Numbered from the stretch's first letter, positions 45,541-61,830 are shown. The stretch is 64,000 nucleotides of DNA from Eledone cirrhosa (GCA_964016885.1 OZ024760.1:23932001-23996000); one strand, 5' to 3'. Numbers and translations are program-made. The notes: generated by a model not told the origin, from the letters alone.

Positions 45541-46004
45541 TACGATATTAAACAAATGGAAACTATATTTATAAAACCATATTTATTTCATTATACATAT
45601 TTCAGGGATACCATATTATAAATATGGCATGCCTTCGTCAGATAAAATACAATATATAACCAGTTTTATAAATAATTTTGACGTACCATAAATATAGCAC
45701 CCATTAAAGTAGGAAGATGGCTTGGTAGTGACTACCAAGCCAGCTTCCTACCCTAATGGTCGCTATATTTATGGTACGTCAAAATTATTTATAAAACTGG
45801 TTATATATTGTATTTTATCTGACGAAGGCATGCCATATTTATAATATGGTATCCTTGAAATATGTATAATGAAATAAATATGGTTTTATAAATATAGTTT
45901 CCATTTGTTTAATATCGTATATCTACTCCAAAAACTAGTCGAGTGCTTTATATCAGTTATAAAATATTTACTTGTTGTAACCCAATAATTTTAAATAAAA
46001 CTTT

Positions 46005-46008
<4 letters not shown>
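45541..46008. mobile_element. Fold-back HHR element, family A variant (HHR 45584-45649 on minus; 45811-45876 on plus)
   Basis: Palindrome centred at 45730. CTGACGA-aggcatgccatatt-tat-aatatggtatcctt-GAAAtatgtaTA^atgaaata. GAGTGCT at 45941. Confidence 0.88.
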
Positions 46009-46075
<67 letters not shown>

Positions 46076-46627
46076 TAGTAAGTCTAAAAAGTGATTGTTA
46101 AAACTCCAATTTGGTATTGAGTACACCTTTCTCTCGGCCGTCAACAATACATATATGTGTGTGTGTGTGTGTGTGTGCGTGTGTGTGAATAAGGTATGTT
46201 TCGTATGTATATATGTATGTGTATGCATGTATGTATGCATGTTTTTATGTTTGTTCGTATGCGTCTATGAATGTATTTATGCAAATGTCTGTGTGTGTAT
46301 GTATGTATATGTATTTATCTACGTGTGTATGTATACGTGTGTGTATATACGCGAAGCCACATTCGATCGCAGCGCTGTTAGTTGCTATCGTGTGTGTGTG
46401 TATATATAGATATGTTTATATGTGTGCGTGTGTGTGAATATATATATATATGTATATGTATATTATTATTGTTGTTGTTGTCGTTGTTATTATTGTTGTT
46501 ATTATTATTATTACGGGGTCGATAAAATAAAGTACCAGTAATGTACTGGATAATTGTTAGCCTTGTGCCAAACGTAGTAACAATTATTATTATTATTATT
46601 GTTATTAATATATATATATATATATAT

Positions 46628-46900
46628 ATAAGTTATCGCCGTATTTTGACTAAAGAAATTAAAGAAATTATTTAGCCTGATAGTGGGGTTAAGAACCCTC
46701 GGAGAAATGGAAAAAGATGAGTATTGACGTACATGGGAGTCGACTCCCATGTACGTCAATACTCATATTTTTCCATTTCTCCGAGGGTTCTTTGTACGTC
46801 AATACTCATCTTTTTCCATTTCTCCGAGAGTTCCTAACCCCACAATCAGGCTAAATAATTTCTTTAATTTCTTTAGTCAAAATACGGCGATAACTTACAT
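46628..46900. repeat. Fold-back inverted repeat centred on ggagtcgactcc, with an internal ~47-bp duplication
   Basis: 46628-46740 is the reverse complement of 46742-46900. Adjacent to (TA)n. No canonical HHR core. Confidence 0.8.
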
Positions 46901-47137
46901 TTCTAATAATTTCAAACCCACTCGCTGTTTCGAAAATATTCTTACTTACTTGATATATATTTTTTTTTTTTTCTCGTGCAATGGCCATACTCGATAACGA
47001 GGGGGCAGCCATCATATGATCATGTATATATATATGTATACACACACACACACACGTATACATACAACTTCGATTCATACCGAATATTATTGATATATTT
47101 ATATATACACACACACACACAACTTCGATTCATACCG

Positions 47138-47175
<38 letters not shown>

Positions 47176-47439
47176 GTGTGTGTATATATATATTTTTCTA
47201 TTTTAGATATTTTTGTTTGTTTGTTTTTCTTTTTCTTTTTGTGTCGTTGTTTTTTTTTTCTACCGCCATTAACCAATATTCACAGAATAGAAGAGACGAG
47301 TGGAGAGTTCAGCGTCTGTCAGACACATTTATCTCCACTAGTGCACAGTGCCAACTTTTCTACTACAGCAACAATACAACTAAATAGAGAAGATCTCCAT
47401 TGGAACTTCTAAAAGACTTTGGGGCAGTTTCAGGCGCTT

Positions 47440-48840
47440 CAGACTGGTTGGGGCTGGTTAAGGTTGGTTTGGACTGATTTTGACTGGTTTGGTTTGGTTT
47501 GGTCTGGGTTGGAATGTGTTGGTGTGTGTTGGTATAGGTTGTTCTGTGTTGGTCTGTGTTGGTGTGCTTTGGTGTGTGTTGGTATGGGTTGCTGTGCTTT
47601 GGTCTGTGTTGGTATGGGTTGGTGTGCTTTGGTCTGTGTTGGTATGGGTTGGTGTGCTTTGGTCTGTGTTGGTCTGGGTTAGTCTGGTTAGGTCGAGATT
47701 GGTCTGTGATGGTCTGGGTTGTAAGTGCTGGTCTGGGTTGATCAGGGCTGGTCGAGGTTGGTCTGTCATATGCTGTGTTGGTCTTGGTAGGTCGAGATTG
47801 GTCTGTGATGCTCTGGGTTAGTAAGTGCTGGTCGAGGTTGGTCGAGGTTGGTCTGGGTTGATCGAGGTTGGTCTGTTATAGTCTGTGTTGGTTGGTGTTG
47901 GTAAGTGCTGTTCGAGGTTGATCTGGGTCGGTCTGGAGTGACGTCGACTTGCTGGGATTCTTCTAGTTTCTGGCGGCAAGGATATTTCTGCGAAATGTTT
48001 TGTCGATATAATGAATGGGCTTATGATCGTTATGGTGGTTGTGGTGCTGGTGCTGGTGATGGTGGTAGTGGTGATGGTATGGGTGGCGGTGGTGGTGGTA
48101 GTGGTAGTAGTGGTGGTTGTAGTGGTGGTGGTAGTGTTGCTGGTATTGTTGTTGGTGATGGTGGTAGTGGTGATGGCAGTGGTGGGGAGTAGTGGTGGAG
48201 GTGGTCGTAGGGGTGATGGTGGTGGTGTTGGTGGTAGTGTTGCTGGTATTGTTTGTGGTGGTGGAGGTGGTGGTAGGGTTGGTGATGGTGGTCTTGGTAG
48301 TCCTGGTGGTAGTGATGGTAGTGGTGGTGGTGGTGATGGTTGTAGTGGTGCTGGTGATGTCAGTGGTGGAGAGTAGTAGTGGTGGTGGTGTTGGCAATGG
48401 TGATGGTAGTGGTGATGGTGTTAGCGGTGGTGGTAGTAGTCACCGTCGTCGTGGTGGTGTAGTAGTGGTGGTGTATGTAGTAGTGGTGGTGTATGTGTGG
48501 TAATGGTGTTGTATGTAGTAGTGGTGTATGTAGTAGAAGTGTATGTGTGGTAATGGTGGTGTATGTAGTAGTGGTGGTGTAGTAGTGGTGGTGTATGTAG
48601 GAGTGGTGGTGTATGTAGGAGTGGTGGTGTATGTAGTAGTGGTGGTGTATGTAGTAGTGGTGGTGTATGTGTGGTAATGGTGGTGTAGGAGTGGTGGTGT
48701 ATGTAGTAGTGGTGGTGTATGTGTGGTAAGGGTGGTGTAGTAGTGGTGGTGTATGTAGTAGTGGTGGTGTATGTGTGGTAAGGGTGGTGTAGTAGTGGTG
48801 GTGTATGTAGTAGTGGTGGTGTATGTGTTGGTGGTTTGGG
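47440..48840. repeat. G/T-rich pentamer (ggtct/ggttt) and (GGT/AGT)n low-complexity repeats
   Basis: Seen directly in the sequence. Confidence 0.9.
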
Positions 48841-49142
48841 ATTGGTTTTGGCACTTGTAGAGTAATTTTAGGAGTTCTTTTGTTTCTATAGCCTCAAGCA
48901 AGACGAAGAAGAAGCAATAGTAGTAGTAGTAGTAGGAGGAGGAGGGGGTATAACCCCTTTCTCTATCACTCTATATATATATATAAACGTTATGAAGATT
49001 TAACACTTCGCCCTTTTTATTAGTAGTAGTATTATACTCTGCCTAGTACAACACTATAACACCTACAACGTCTTGAGTTCTGGTGAACTCTGGTGAACTT
49101 ACAGTAGCTGGACCTTACAATCTCTCTCTCTCTCTCTCTCTC

Positions 49143-49182
<40 letters not shown>

Positions 49183-49185
<3 letters not shown>

Positions 49186-49600
49186 GGAGGTGAGTTTTAT
49201 TGTAGTACAATAAAGCAATGCAGATATCGGGTAAGAAGCACTCTACAGTTGTAGGACTGGAGTATACATAATATAAGATCAAAAGATGGTTAAAGGAGTT
49301 CCATGTATTTTATTATGCGCATTTCAAAAACAAACATCATCATGCAATAATATTTGTGTTTTCATCAGATAAAACAGGAGAACATGATATGAAGGCTAAA
49401 AAACACTTGTGGATAGTGCAGTTTTAAATCAACATATCATATGTTGATTTAAAACTGCACTATCCACAAGTGTTTTTTAGCCTTCATATCATGTTCTCCT
49501 GTTTTATCTGATGAAAACACAAATATTATTGCATGATGATGTTTGTTTTTGAAATGCGCATAATAAAATACATGGAACTCCTTTAATCATCTTTTGATCT

Positions 49601-49608
<8 letters not shown>
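49183..49608. mobile_element. Fold-back HHR element, family D (HHR ~49308-49375 on minus; 49501-49569 on plus)
   Basis: gttttat-CTGATGA-aaacacaaatattat..atgatgatgtttgttttt-GAAA-t-gcgc-a-TA^ataaaat. Centre catatcatatg near 49437. Confidence 0.88.
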
Positions 49609-49646
<38 letters not shown>

Positions 49647-49650
<4 letters not shown>

Positions 49651-49780
49651 AAATCAAATCGAAAATGCAACTGGAGTCTTTTAAAGAATATTTATTTATT
49701 TCCTTTACCGGTTTCACAGTTCTTATGCTTTTCAAAAGTAGAATTGAGATGGAAGGTTTGTGTTTTTTCTTGCGAGAAAT
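49647..49780 (-). mobile_element. Family F element with a U3-A8 variant HHR (49702-49738)
   Basis: Minus strand: ctt-TTGAAAA-gcataagaactgt-GAAA-ccgg-TA^aagg. Confidence 0.65.
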
Positions 49781-49884
49781 ATAGGGAATGTAACGTCCAG
49801 TTAGTGTAGGTTCACCCGAGTTACCTCTCAATACGTAGTTTCCAGTCGCTAAAGAGGTGTAGAACTAAGCAGAGTGTAAATATA

Positions 49885-50068
49885 ATAATTATTTCTACTT
49901 TTGGCTCAAGGCCGACAATTATCCAAGTGCATTACTGGTACTTTATTTTATCGACCTCGTAAGGATGAAAGGCAAAGTTAACCTAGGCGGGACTTGAACT
50001 CAGACCATAAAGGGTCGTAACTCTTTGCTGCAAAGCATGGCGTCCGACCCTCTACCGAAACTGCCAAT
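49885..50068 (-). mobile_element. SINE family 2 copy
   Basis: Matches the units at 23625-24410. Confidence 0.75.
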
Positions 50069-50282
50069 ATAATATTAAAAGTACGAGTGGTTATGTCTTC
50101 ATTACGTTTATTGAGTAGTGACGCGCGTTTCACTGTTCATCAGCTCAAGGTTTGATCTGTATTGCCTAGCCCGACTCTGGAATCAGAAGCTCGTCAGACC
50201 TCTGCTACATCGATACAGATCGAGCCTTGAGCTGTTCAATAGTGAAACGTACGTCACAATTCAATAAACGTAATGAAGACAT

Positions 50283-50500
50283 ATCTATCTATCTATCTAG
50301 GGCGGGTAAAATTCCCAAGATCCATGGACGAGTTCTCTCCAACGGTCTCTGTCCCTCATCATCGCTGCCATGTCCTGCCTGCGTATCCAAGAGACCAGTG
50401 TTTGTACTTAGGGCATATTAACCTCGGTCTTCACGTAGGGACTCCCACGGGAAGACAGAGTGCAGTGACAACTCTGGTTGTCGGTGAACATGTCTAGCTA
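50283..50500 (-). mobile_element. RTE/RTEX-like LINE 3' fragment with (GATA)n tail
   Basis: The minus strand encodes LARHVHRQPELSLHSVFPWE... and QDMAAMMRDRDRWRELVHG...* (the M.DR..WR..V motif), followed by (GATA)n. Confidence 0.65.
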
Positions 50501-50559
50501 ACCTCAGTCTCCTCTGTGTTACTTTCGAACTGACTTTTATATATATCGACAGTCGATTG

Positions 50560-50741
50560 GCTTTCGTCGAACCGTTGGTCTTTCCAATTGCGAGTACTAT
50601 CTATCGGTCGCAACTCCAGGTAGAAGGAGCAACGTGAAATAAAGTGTCTTGCCCAAGGACATAACGCATCATCCGGTCTGGGAATCAAATTCACAACCTC
50701 ACGATTGAATCCAATTCGCTAACCACTCAGTCACGCGCCTT
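50560..50741 (-). mobile_element. tRNA-derived SINE (family 1-related)
   Basis: aaggcgcgtgactgagtggttagc...gcgttatgtccttgggcaagacac on the minus strand. Confidence 0.7.
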
Positions 50742-50751
50742 CATATATAAG

Positions 50752-50783
<32 letters not shown>

Positions 50784-51003
50784 GACGCACGCGCGCGCGC
50801 GCGCGTACAGACAGGGAGAGCCGCAGGAAGTCGTCTTTAAAATATATTTTTTTAATCATAAATATGTATATATACACATACATATATATATATATATATT
50901 TATGTGTGTGTGTGTGCGTGCGTATGTGTGTGTGTATAAATATACCAGTGTGTTTGGCGAATGTGTGTGTATTGTTTGACGTATGTGTGTGTGTGTGTGT
51001 ATG

Positions 51004-51221
<218 letters not shown>

Positions 51222-51228
51222 TATATAT

Positions 51229-51284
<56 letters not shown>

Positions 51285-51494
51285 ATATATGTAGGTATGT
51301 ACATACAGATGTAAATCAATACATGTGTATATACACATGAACATAATAAGATAGACATGTGAATATACATCATATATAAAATATAACGGATATTATTGAA
51401 AAATAATATCCAAATTTCCATTATCAACTAGTATTGTCCTCAGGGGCTCATTGCAAGGTTTGTAGTATATATATATACATACATGTACACACAC

Positions 51495-51540
<46 letters not shown>

Positions 51541-51668
51541 TCAAAACTATCTTCGTTTTATTCAGTATCTATTTCTCTAATGTAATGCATACCTCGTTTA
51601 CATACAGACCGATATGTATATGGACATGTGTGTATATGCATTTATATATATATATATATACATTTGTA

Positions 51669-51781
<113 letters not shown>

Positions 51782-52088
51782 ATATATATATATATATTTG
51801 TATATATATATATATATATATATAAATATTTGTATATATACATTTGTATATATATATATATATTTGTATATATATATATATTTGTATATATATATATATA
51901 TTTGTATATATATATATATATATATTTGTATATATATATATATATATTTGTATATATATATATATTTGTATATCTATATATATATATTTGTATATATATA
52001 TATATATATTTGTATATATATATATATTTGTATATATATGTATATATATATATTTGTATATATATATATATATATATATTTGTATATA

Positions 52089-52119
<31 letters not shown>

Positions 52120-52162
52120 TTGTATATATATATGTGTATATATATATACATTTGTATAGACA

Positions 52163-52207
<45 letters not shown>

Positions 52208-52210
52208 TTG

Positions 52211-52241
<31 letters not shown>

Positions 52242-52330
52242 TTGTATATATATATGTGTATATATATATATATATATATTTGTATATATATATGTGTATA
52301 TATATATACATTTGTATAGACATATATGTG

Positions 52331-52377
<47 letters not shown>

Positions 52378-52405
52378 TATATTTGTATATATATATATAT
52401 ATTTG

Positions 52406-52438
<33 letters not shown>

Positions 52439-52489
52439 GTATACATATATATGTATATATTTGTATACATATATATATGTATATATTTG

Positions 52490-52549
<60 letters not shown>

Positions 52550-52560
52550 TATATGTATAC

Positions 52561-52618
<58 letters not shown>

Positions 52619-52620
52619 AC

Positions 52621-52672
<52 letters not shown>

Positions 52673-52679
52673 ACATATA

Positions 52680-53116
<437 letters not shown>

Positions 53117-53121
53117 ATATA

Positions 53122-53235
<114 letters not shown>

Positions 53236-54088
53236 TGAAGACAAACATAGAATATTCGAAAATATTCTGTATGTTTATAATAAACATTTTGAAGACCCAA
53301 TCGCTATAGAATAGAATACGTCACGTATTACAATTTGAGATTCTCGACAAAAGCAAGGGAAGTAATCTACGCGTTTCATTCTTATTAGAAATCATCAGGA
53401 TTACATATCCAATGCTTTTATCGAGAACGACACAGCTAGAGACTTATAGAATACTTAGCTGTGTACAGGAACTGGTTTGAAAGAGCGGTAGCCGGTCCGG
53501 CAGAAATTAGAATTTGGATTTAATGCTCTGAAATAGCGATATATATGTGAAGACAAACATAGAATATTTGAAAATATTCTGTATGTTTATAATAAACATT
53601 TTGAAGACCCAATCGCTATAGAATAGAATACGTCACGTATTACAATTTGAGATTCTCGACAAAAGCAAGGGAAGTAATCTACGCGTTTCATTCTTATTAG
53701 AAATCATCAGGATTACATATCCAATGCTTTTATCGAGAACGAGACACAGCTAGAGACTTATAGAATACTTAGCTGTGTACAGGAACTGGTTTGAAAGAGC
53801 GGTAGCCGGTCCGGCAGAAATTAGAATTTGGATTTAATGCTCTGAAATAGCGATATATATATGAAGACAAACATAGAATATTCGAAAATATTCTGTATGT
53901 TTATAATAAACATTTTGAAGACCCAATCGCTATAGAATAGAATACGTCACGTATTACAATTTGAGATTCTCGACAAAAGCAAGGGAAGTAATCTACGCGT
54001 TTCATTCTTATTAGAAATCATCAGGATTACATATCCAATGCTTTTATCGAGAACGACACAGCTAGAGACTTATAGAATACTTAGCTGT
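53236..54088 (-). repeat. ~2.7 x 312-314 bp tandem repeat with one minimal type I hammerhead per unit (non-LTR retrozyme-like)
   Basis: Minus strand: gtaatc-CTGATGA-tttct-aata-agaat-GAAA-cgcg-TA^gattac at 53362-53404, 53674-53716 and 53988-54030. Flanked by (TA)n. Confidence 0.9.
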
Positions 54089-54115
54089 ATGTATATATGT
54101 ATATATTTGTATATA

Positions 54116-54154
<39 letters not shown>

Positions 54155-54165
54155 ATATATATATT

Positions 54166-54233
<68 letters not shown>

Positions 54234-54363
54234 TATATACAAATATATACATATATATATGTCTATATATATATATATATATTTACATTATATAAATGTG
54301 TGTATTGGAAGTAGCATTGTAAATTGCACTAAACACACTCTGGCATCCTGTGTTTATTTTCTC

Positions 54364-54401
<38 letters not shown>

Positions 54402-54483
54402 TAAAACATATATATATACATATATATATACATGCCTAAAACATATATATACATATATATATGCCTAACATATATATATACCT

Positions 54484-54545
<62 letters not shown>

Positions 54546-54627
54546 TAAAACATATATATATACATATATATATATATGCCTAAAACATATATATACATAT
54601 ATATATGCCTAACATATATATATACCT

Positions 54628-54672
<45 letters not shown>

Positions 54673-54723
54673 ATATGTATATATATAAGTATATCTTTCC
54701 AGTTTTTATTTTGTTTCTTGAAA

Positions 54724-54770
<47 letters not shown>

Positions 54771-54802
54771 CGTGTGTGTGTGTGTGTGTTGTGTGTTGTG
54801 TG

Positions 54803-54850
<48 letters not shown>

Positions 54851-54959
54851 TATGGGAACGGTATAGTAATTAGATCTTTTAATAAACCTTTCGTAGAAGG
54901 AATTTCCTCAAGATATATAGCATTCTGTCTGTATGTCTTGTTGCCTTTGGTGTCTATGT

Positions 54960-55470
54960 ATGTAGCAGTTTGTATATATATGTGTGTGTGTGAAGCTGTT
55001 TGACTATGGGAGAGTGTGTGTGTGTGTGTAGCTGTCTGAATGTGTGAGTGTGTGTGTGTGTAGCTGTCTGAATATGTGAATGTGTGTGTTTAGCTGTCTG
55101 AATATGTGAGTGTGTGTGTGTGTGTAGATGTCTGAATATGTGAGTGTATGTGTGTAGCTGTCTGAATATGTGAGTGTGTGTGTGTAGGTAGCTGTCTGAA
55201 TATGTGAGTGTGTGTGTAGCTGTCTGAATATGTGAGTGTGTGTGTGTGTGTAGATGTCTGAATATGTGAGTGTATGTGTGTAGCTGTCTGAATATGTGAG
55301 TGTGTGTGTGTAGGTAGCTGTCTGAATATGTGAGTGTGTGTGTAGCTGTCTGAATATGTGAGTGAGTGTGTGTGTGTGTAGCTGTCTGAATATGTGAGTG
55401 TGTGTGTGTGTGTAGCTGTCTGAATATGTGAGTGTGTGTGTTTAGCTGTTTGAACATGTGAGTGTGTCAG
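54960..55470. repeat. Minisatellite tagctgtctgaatatgtgag(tg)n
   Basis: About 15 variable-length units. Confidence 0.9.
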
Positions 55471-55621
55471 ATGTTCACTGCACGTGCTCAGTCTCTCTCT
55501 CTATATATATATGTGTGTGTGTGTGCGTGTGCGTGTGTGTGTGTGTGTGTCCCTTTGTTCGTGTGTGTTTTTTTCATTTTACGTTTTAATTAAATGTATG
55601 TATGTGTGTATATATATATAT

Positions 55622-55681
<60 letters not shown>

Positions 55682-55682
55682 A

Positions 55683-55770
<88 letters not shown>

Positions 55771-55771
55771 T

Positions 55772-55817
<46 letters not shown>

Positions 55818-56062
55818 GTGTGTGTGTGTGTTTGTTTGATATACGTCTAAATGTATGTATATATATATATATATATATATGTACATATGTTTGTGTCAAT
55901 ATGTTCATAATAGTACAAAATCGATATCTAATTGTACTACTATATGATACAGTGAAGTATCGTATTGTGATTGCCTAGTACATACATACATACATACATA
56001 CATACATACATACATACATACATACATACATACATACATACATACATACATACATACATACA

Positions 56063-56139
<77 letters not shown>

Positions 56140-56218
56140 CCGACCTCTATTGACAATTGTCAATACCTGAAATAAAGCCCCTTGTTGTACAGCCAACCAT
56201 GTTACTCTTCATTCTTTC

Positions 56219-56253
<35 letters not shown>

Positions 56254-56256
<3 letters not shown>

Positions 56257-56264
56257 TGTTAAAT

Positions 56265-56301
<37 letters not shown>

Positions 56302-56309
56302 TGTTAAAT

Positions 56310-56355
<46 letters not shown>

Positions 56356-56516
56356 ATTTAACACTTCACTGCTCGCAAGTGTTTTTTAAGCTTCATATCA
56401 TGTCTCCCTATTTTATCTGATGAAAACGCAAATATCATCCCATGATGATATTTGTTTTTGAAATGCGCATAATAAAGTACTTGGAACTCTTTTAACCATC
56501 TTTTGATCTTATATTA

Positions 56517-56520
<4 letters not shown>
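56254..56520 (+). mobile_element. Family D HHR element (HHR ~56410-56477) with its palindrome centre occupied by (TA)n
   Basis: aagtgttaaatcaac(at)n (twice), then gttgatttaacactt... CTGATGA at 56417 and GAAAtgcgcaTA at 56460. Confidence 0.8.
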
Positions 56521-56549
<29 letters not shown>

Positions 56550-56690
56550 ACTACTCTTTCGTGTATCTGTTCTGTCCCTATCCAAACTTCCCTGAAGAAG
56601 AACTTCTGTCCGAAACTTCGAAACCTCCTCCACTTCCACCAAGTGGGAACCTAATATAACTGTGTAAACATTGCCTCTTGTTTCATTTAT

Positions 56691-56766
<76 letters not shown>

Positions 56767-56794
56767 TATATAGTATATCTATATATATATATCA

Positions 56795-57512
<718 letters not shown>

Positions 57513-57529
57513 GTGGTTATTTAGTATTA

Positions 57530-59105
57530 TTAGTGTTGGTGGCGTTGGTGGTCTTGGTGTTGTTGGTGGTGTTGTTCGAGGTGGTGGTGGTAGTGGTGGT
57601 GGTCGTGGTGGTAATGATAGTGGCAGTGGTGGTGGTGGTAGTGGAGGTAGTGGCGGTGGTAGCTATGGTGGTGATAGTTGTGGTGGTGGTAATGGAGGTA
57701 ATGGTGGTAACGGTGGTGGTTGTTGTGATGGTAATAGCGCTAATGGTGGTAATGGTGGTGGTAATGGTGGTGGTAGTTTTGATGGTGATGGTAATGGTGG
57801 TAGTGGTAGTTGTGATGGTGATGGTAATGGTGGTAATGGTGGTGGCAGTTGTGATGATGATGGTGATGGTGATGGTAGTTGTGATGGTGATGGTAGTTGT
57901 GATGGTGATGGTAATGGTAATGGTGGTGGTAGTTGTGATGGTGATGGTGATGGTGGTGGTAGTTGTAATGGTGGTAGTAGTTGAAATGGTGGTGGTAGTT
58001 GAGATGGTGGTGGTAGTTGTAATGGTGGTGGTAGTTGAGATGGTGGTGGTAGTTGAGATGGTGGTGGTAGTTGAAATGGTGGTGGTAGTTGAAATGGTGG
58101 TGGTAGTTGAAATGGTGGTGGTAGTTGTGATGGTGGTGGTAATGGTAATGGTGGTGGTAGTTGTGATGGTGATGGTGATGGTGGTGGTAGTTGTAATGGT
58201 GGTAGTAGTTGAAATGGTGGTGGTAGTTGAGATGGTGGTGGTAGTTGTAATGGTGGTGGTAGTTGTAATGGTGGTGGCAGTTGAAATGGTGGTGGTAGTT
58301 GAGATGGTGGTGGTAGTTGTGATGGTGGTGGTAGTTGTGATGGTGGTGGTAGTTGAAATGGTGGTGGTAGTTGAAATGGTGGTGGTGGTAGTTGTGATGG
58401 TGGTGGTAATGGTAATGGTGGTGGTAGTTGTGATGGTGGTGGTAGTTGTAATGGTGGTAGTAGTTGTAATGGTGGTGGTAGTTGAGATGGTGGTGGTAGT
58501 TGTGATGGTGGTGGTAGTTGAAATGGTGGTGGTAGTTGAAATGGTGGTGGTAGTTGAAATGGTGGTGGTAGTTGAGATGGTGGTGGTAGTTGTGATGGTG
58601 GTGGTAGTTGAGATGGTGGTGGTAGTTGAGATGGTGGTGGTAGTTGAAATGGTGGTGGTAGTTGAAATGGTGGTGGTAGTTGTGATGGTGGTGGTAGTTG
58701 AAATGGTGGTGGTAGTTGTGATGGTGGTGGTAGTTGAAATGGTGGTGGTAGTTGAAATGGTGGTGGTAGTTGAAATGGTGGTGGTAGTTGTGATGGTGGT
58801 GGTAATGGTGGTGGTAATGGTGGTGGTAGTTCTAATGGTGGTGGTAGTTGAAATGGTGGTGGTAGTTGAGATGGTGGTGGTAGTTGTGATGGTGGTGGTG
58901 GTAATGGTGGTGGTGGTAGTTGAGATGGTGGTGGTAGTTGAAATGGTGGTGGTAGTTTAGATGGTGGTGGTAGTTGAAATGGTGGTGGTTTAATTTAAAT
59001 GGTGGTGGTAGTTGTAATGGTGGTGGTAGTTGAAATGGTGGTGGTAGTTGAGATGGTGGTGGTAGTAGTTGTGATGGTGGTGGTGGTAATGGTGGTGGTG
59101 GTAGT
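57530..59105. repeat. (GGT)n-derived repeat with an 18-bp unit atggtggtggtagttg[aa/ag/tg]
   Basis: Seen directly in the sequence. Confidence 0.95.
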
Positions 59106-59331
59106 GTTACCATCGAGAATATACATCAGCGAAGAGATCCTCTTACCGTTTATTGCAGCTTCACACTTCAAGCTGTGTTGACAACTTCTCACTAATAACC
59201 TCAATAACAATCACTGCAGTGAAGCTATACATTCCATTGATATCACTTATGTTATTTAGGTCGATTGATACAGCTAGGGAGGTAAATATGTGGCTGTGTT
59301 GGCGGCGGTGTAGGATTTGTGAGTGTGTGAG

Positions 59332-59371
<40 letters not shown>

Positions 59372-59378
<7 letters not shown>

Positions 59379-59787
59379 AGATCAAAAGATGGTTAAAGGA
59401 GTTCCATGTATTTTATTATGCGCATTTCAAAAACAAACATCATCATGCAATAATATTTGTGTTTTCATCAGATAAAACAGGAGAACATGATATGAAGGCT
59501 AAAAAACACTTGTGGATAGTGCAGTTTTAAATCAACATATGTTGATTTAAAACTGCACTATCCACAAGTGTTTTTTAGCCTTCATATCATGTTCTCCTGT
59601 TTTATCTGATGAAAACACAAATATTATTGCATGATGATGTTTGTTTTTGAAATGCGCATAATAAAATACATGGAACTCCTTTAACCATCTTTTGATCTTA
59701 TATTATGTATACTCCAGTCCTACAAACTGTAGAGTGCTTCTTATCCGATATCTGCATTGCTTTATAAATAAAACTCACCTCCTACAT
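59372..59787. mobile_element. Fold-back HHR element, family D (HHR ~59410-59478 on minus; 59599-59667 on plus)
   Basis: Essentially perfect palindrome centred on catatg at 59536-59541. Near-identical to 49183-49608 in the opposite orientation. Confidence 0.9.
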
Positions 59788-59789
59788 TA

Positions 59790-59822
<33 letters not shown>

Positions 59823-59824
59823 AT

Positions 59825-60585
<761 letters not shown>

Positions 60586-60600
60586 GTATATATATGTATA

Positions 60601-61035
60601 TACGATATATTAACAAATGGAAACTATATTTATAAAACCATATTTATTTCATTATACATATTTCAAGGATACCAAGTTAAATTATGGTGTGCTTTCATCA
60701 AATAAAATATAATATAGAGCAGTTTTATAAATAAATATTGACATACCCTTAAAAAATGCAACTATTAATGTTGGAAGCTCCCGTAATGGTTGCATTTTTA
60801 AGGGTATGTCAATATTTATTTATAAAACTGCTCTATATTATATTTTATTTGATGAAAGCACACCATAATTTAACTTGGTGTTCTTGAAATATGTATAATG
60901 AAATAAATATGGTTTTATAAATATAGTTTCCATTTGTTAATATATCGTATTTTTACTCCAATAATTTTTTGAGTGCTTTATATCAGTTATAAAAATATTT
61001 GCTTGTTGTATCCCAACAATTTAAATATAACTTTT
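60601..61035. mobile_element. Fold-back family A element with a C3-to-U HHR core in both arms
   Basis: Both arms read TTGATGA (60695-60701 on minus; 60849-60855 on plus). GAGTGCT tail at 60971. Confidence 0.85.
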
Positions 61036-61149
61036 TTAAATATAATGGACTGGGAATCGAACTCACACACTTATGATATTGACCTAAATACCTGAACCAC
61101 GAAGCCACGTACCTTAGCCGAGAATTGATTAGAGTGAGCTGTCCAAAAT

Positions 61150-61375
61150 TAGTCTGTATGGCTGCTGGCGACATCATTGAACGCACAGATACACCGGCTA
61201 CAATGTTGAACACAGTTTGTATGGCTGCTGACTACATCATTGAATACACAGGTCTACTGGCTTCAGTGTTGAACACACTGGTCTACCGGCTACAATGTTG
61301 AACACACGTCTACCGGCTACAATGTTGAACACAATTAGTCTATTGGCTATAATGTTGAACACAGTCTATTGGCTG
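61150..61375. repeat. ~30-bp degenerate minisatellite (ctaccggctacaatgttgaacac)
   Basis: Seen directly in the sequence. Confidence 0.8.
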
Positions 61376-61623
61376 TCATCCAGTATTAGATGAATGGACA
61401 CTAATCAAGCGTAACGAAACCTCCGAGCGACCCCTTATCACACATGCACACACTTATAGACATATATACATATACACAGACACACACACACACATATATA
61501 CACAAATATACATAGACACAGAGACACACACATACACACACATACATACACACTGTGAGAATGTTTACATATATACATATATATATACGTATATGTAAAT
61601 AAATATATGTTTATATGTATATA

Positions 61624-61684
<61 letters not shown>

Positions 61685-61766
61685 TATACAAACATATATA
61701 TACATATATATATACATACATATATATACGTATATGTATGTATATATATATATGTTTATATATTCA

Positions 61767-61830
<64 letters not shown>

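Noticed and set aside
47288-47412. Candidate plus-strand terminal exon after ttcacag
   Set aside because: It is short, has no recognisable protein similarity, and no partner exons were found.
59143-59275. Candidate minus-strand exon (cctccctag...aaacg|gtaaga)
   Set aside because: The splice-like ends are present but all three frames contain stops, so it cannot be supported without RNA data.
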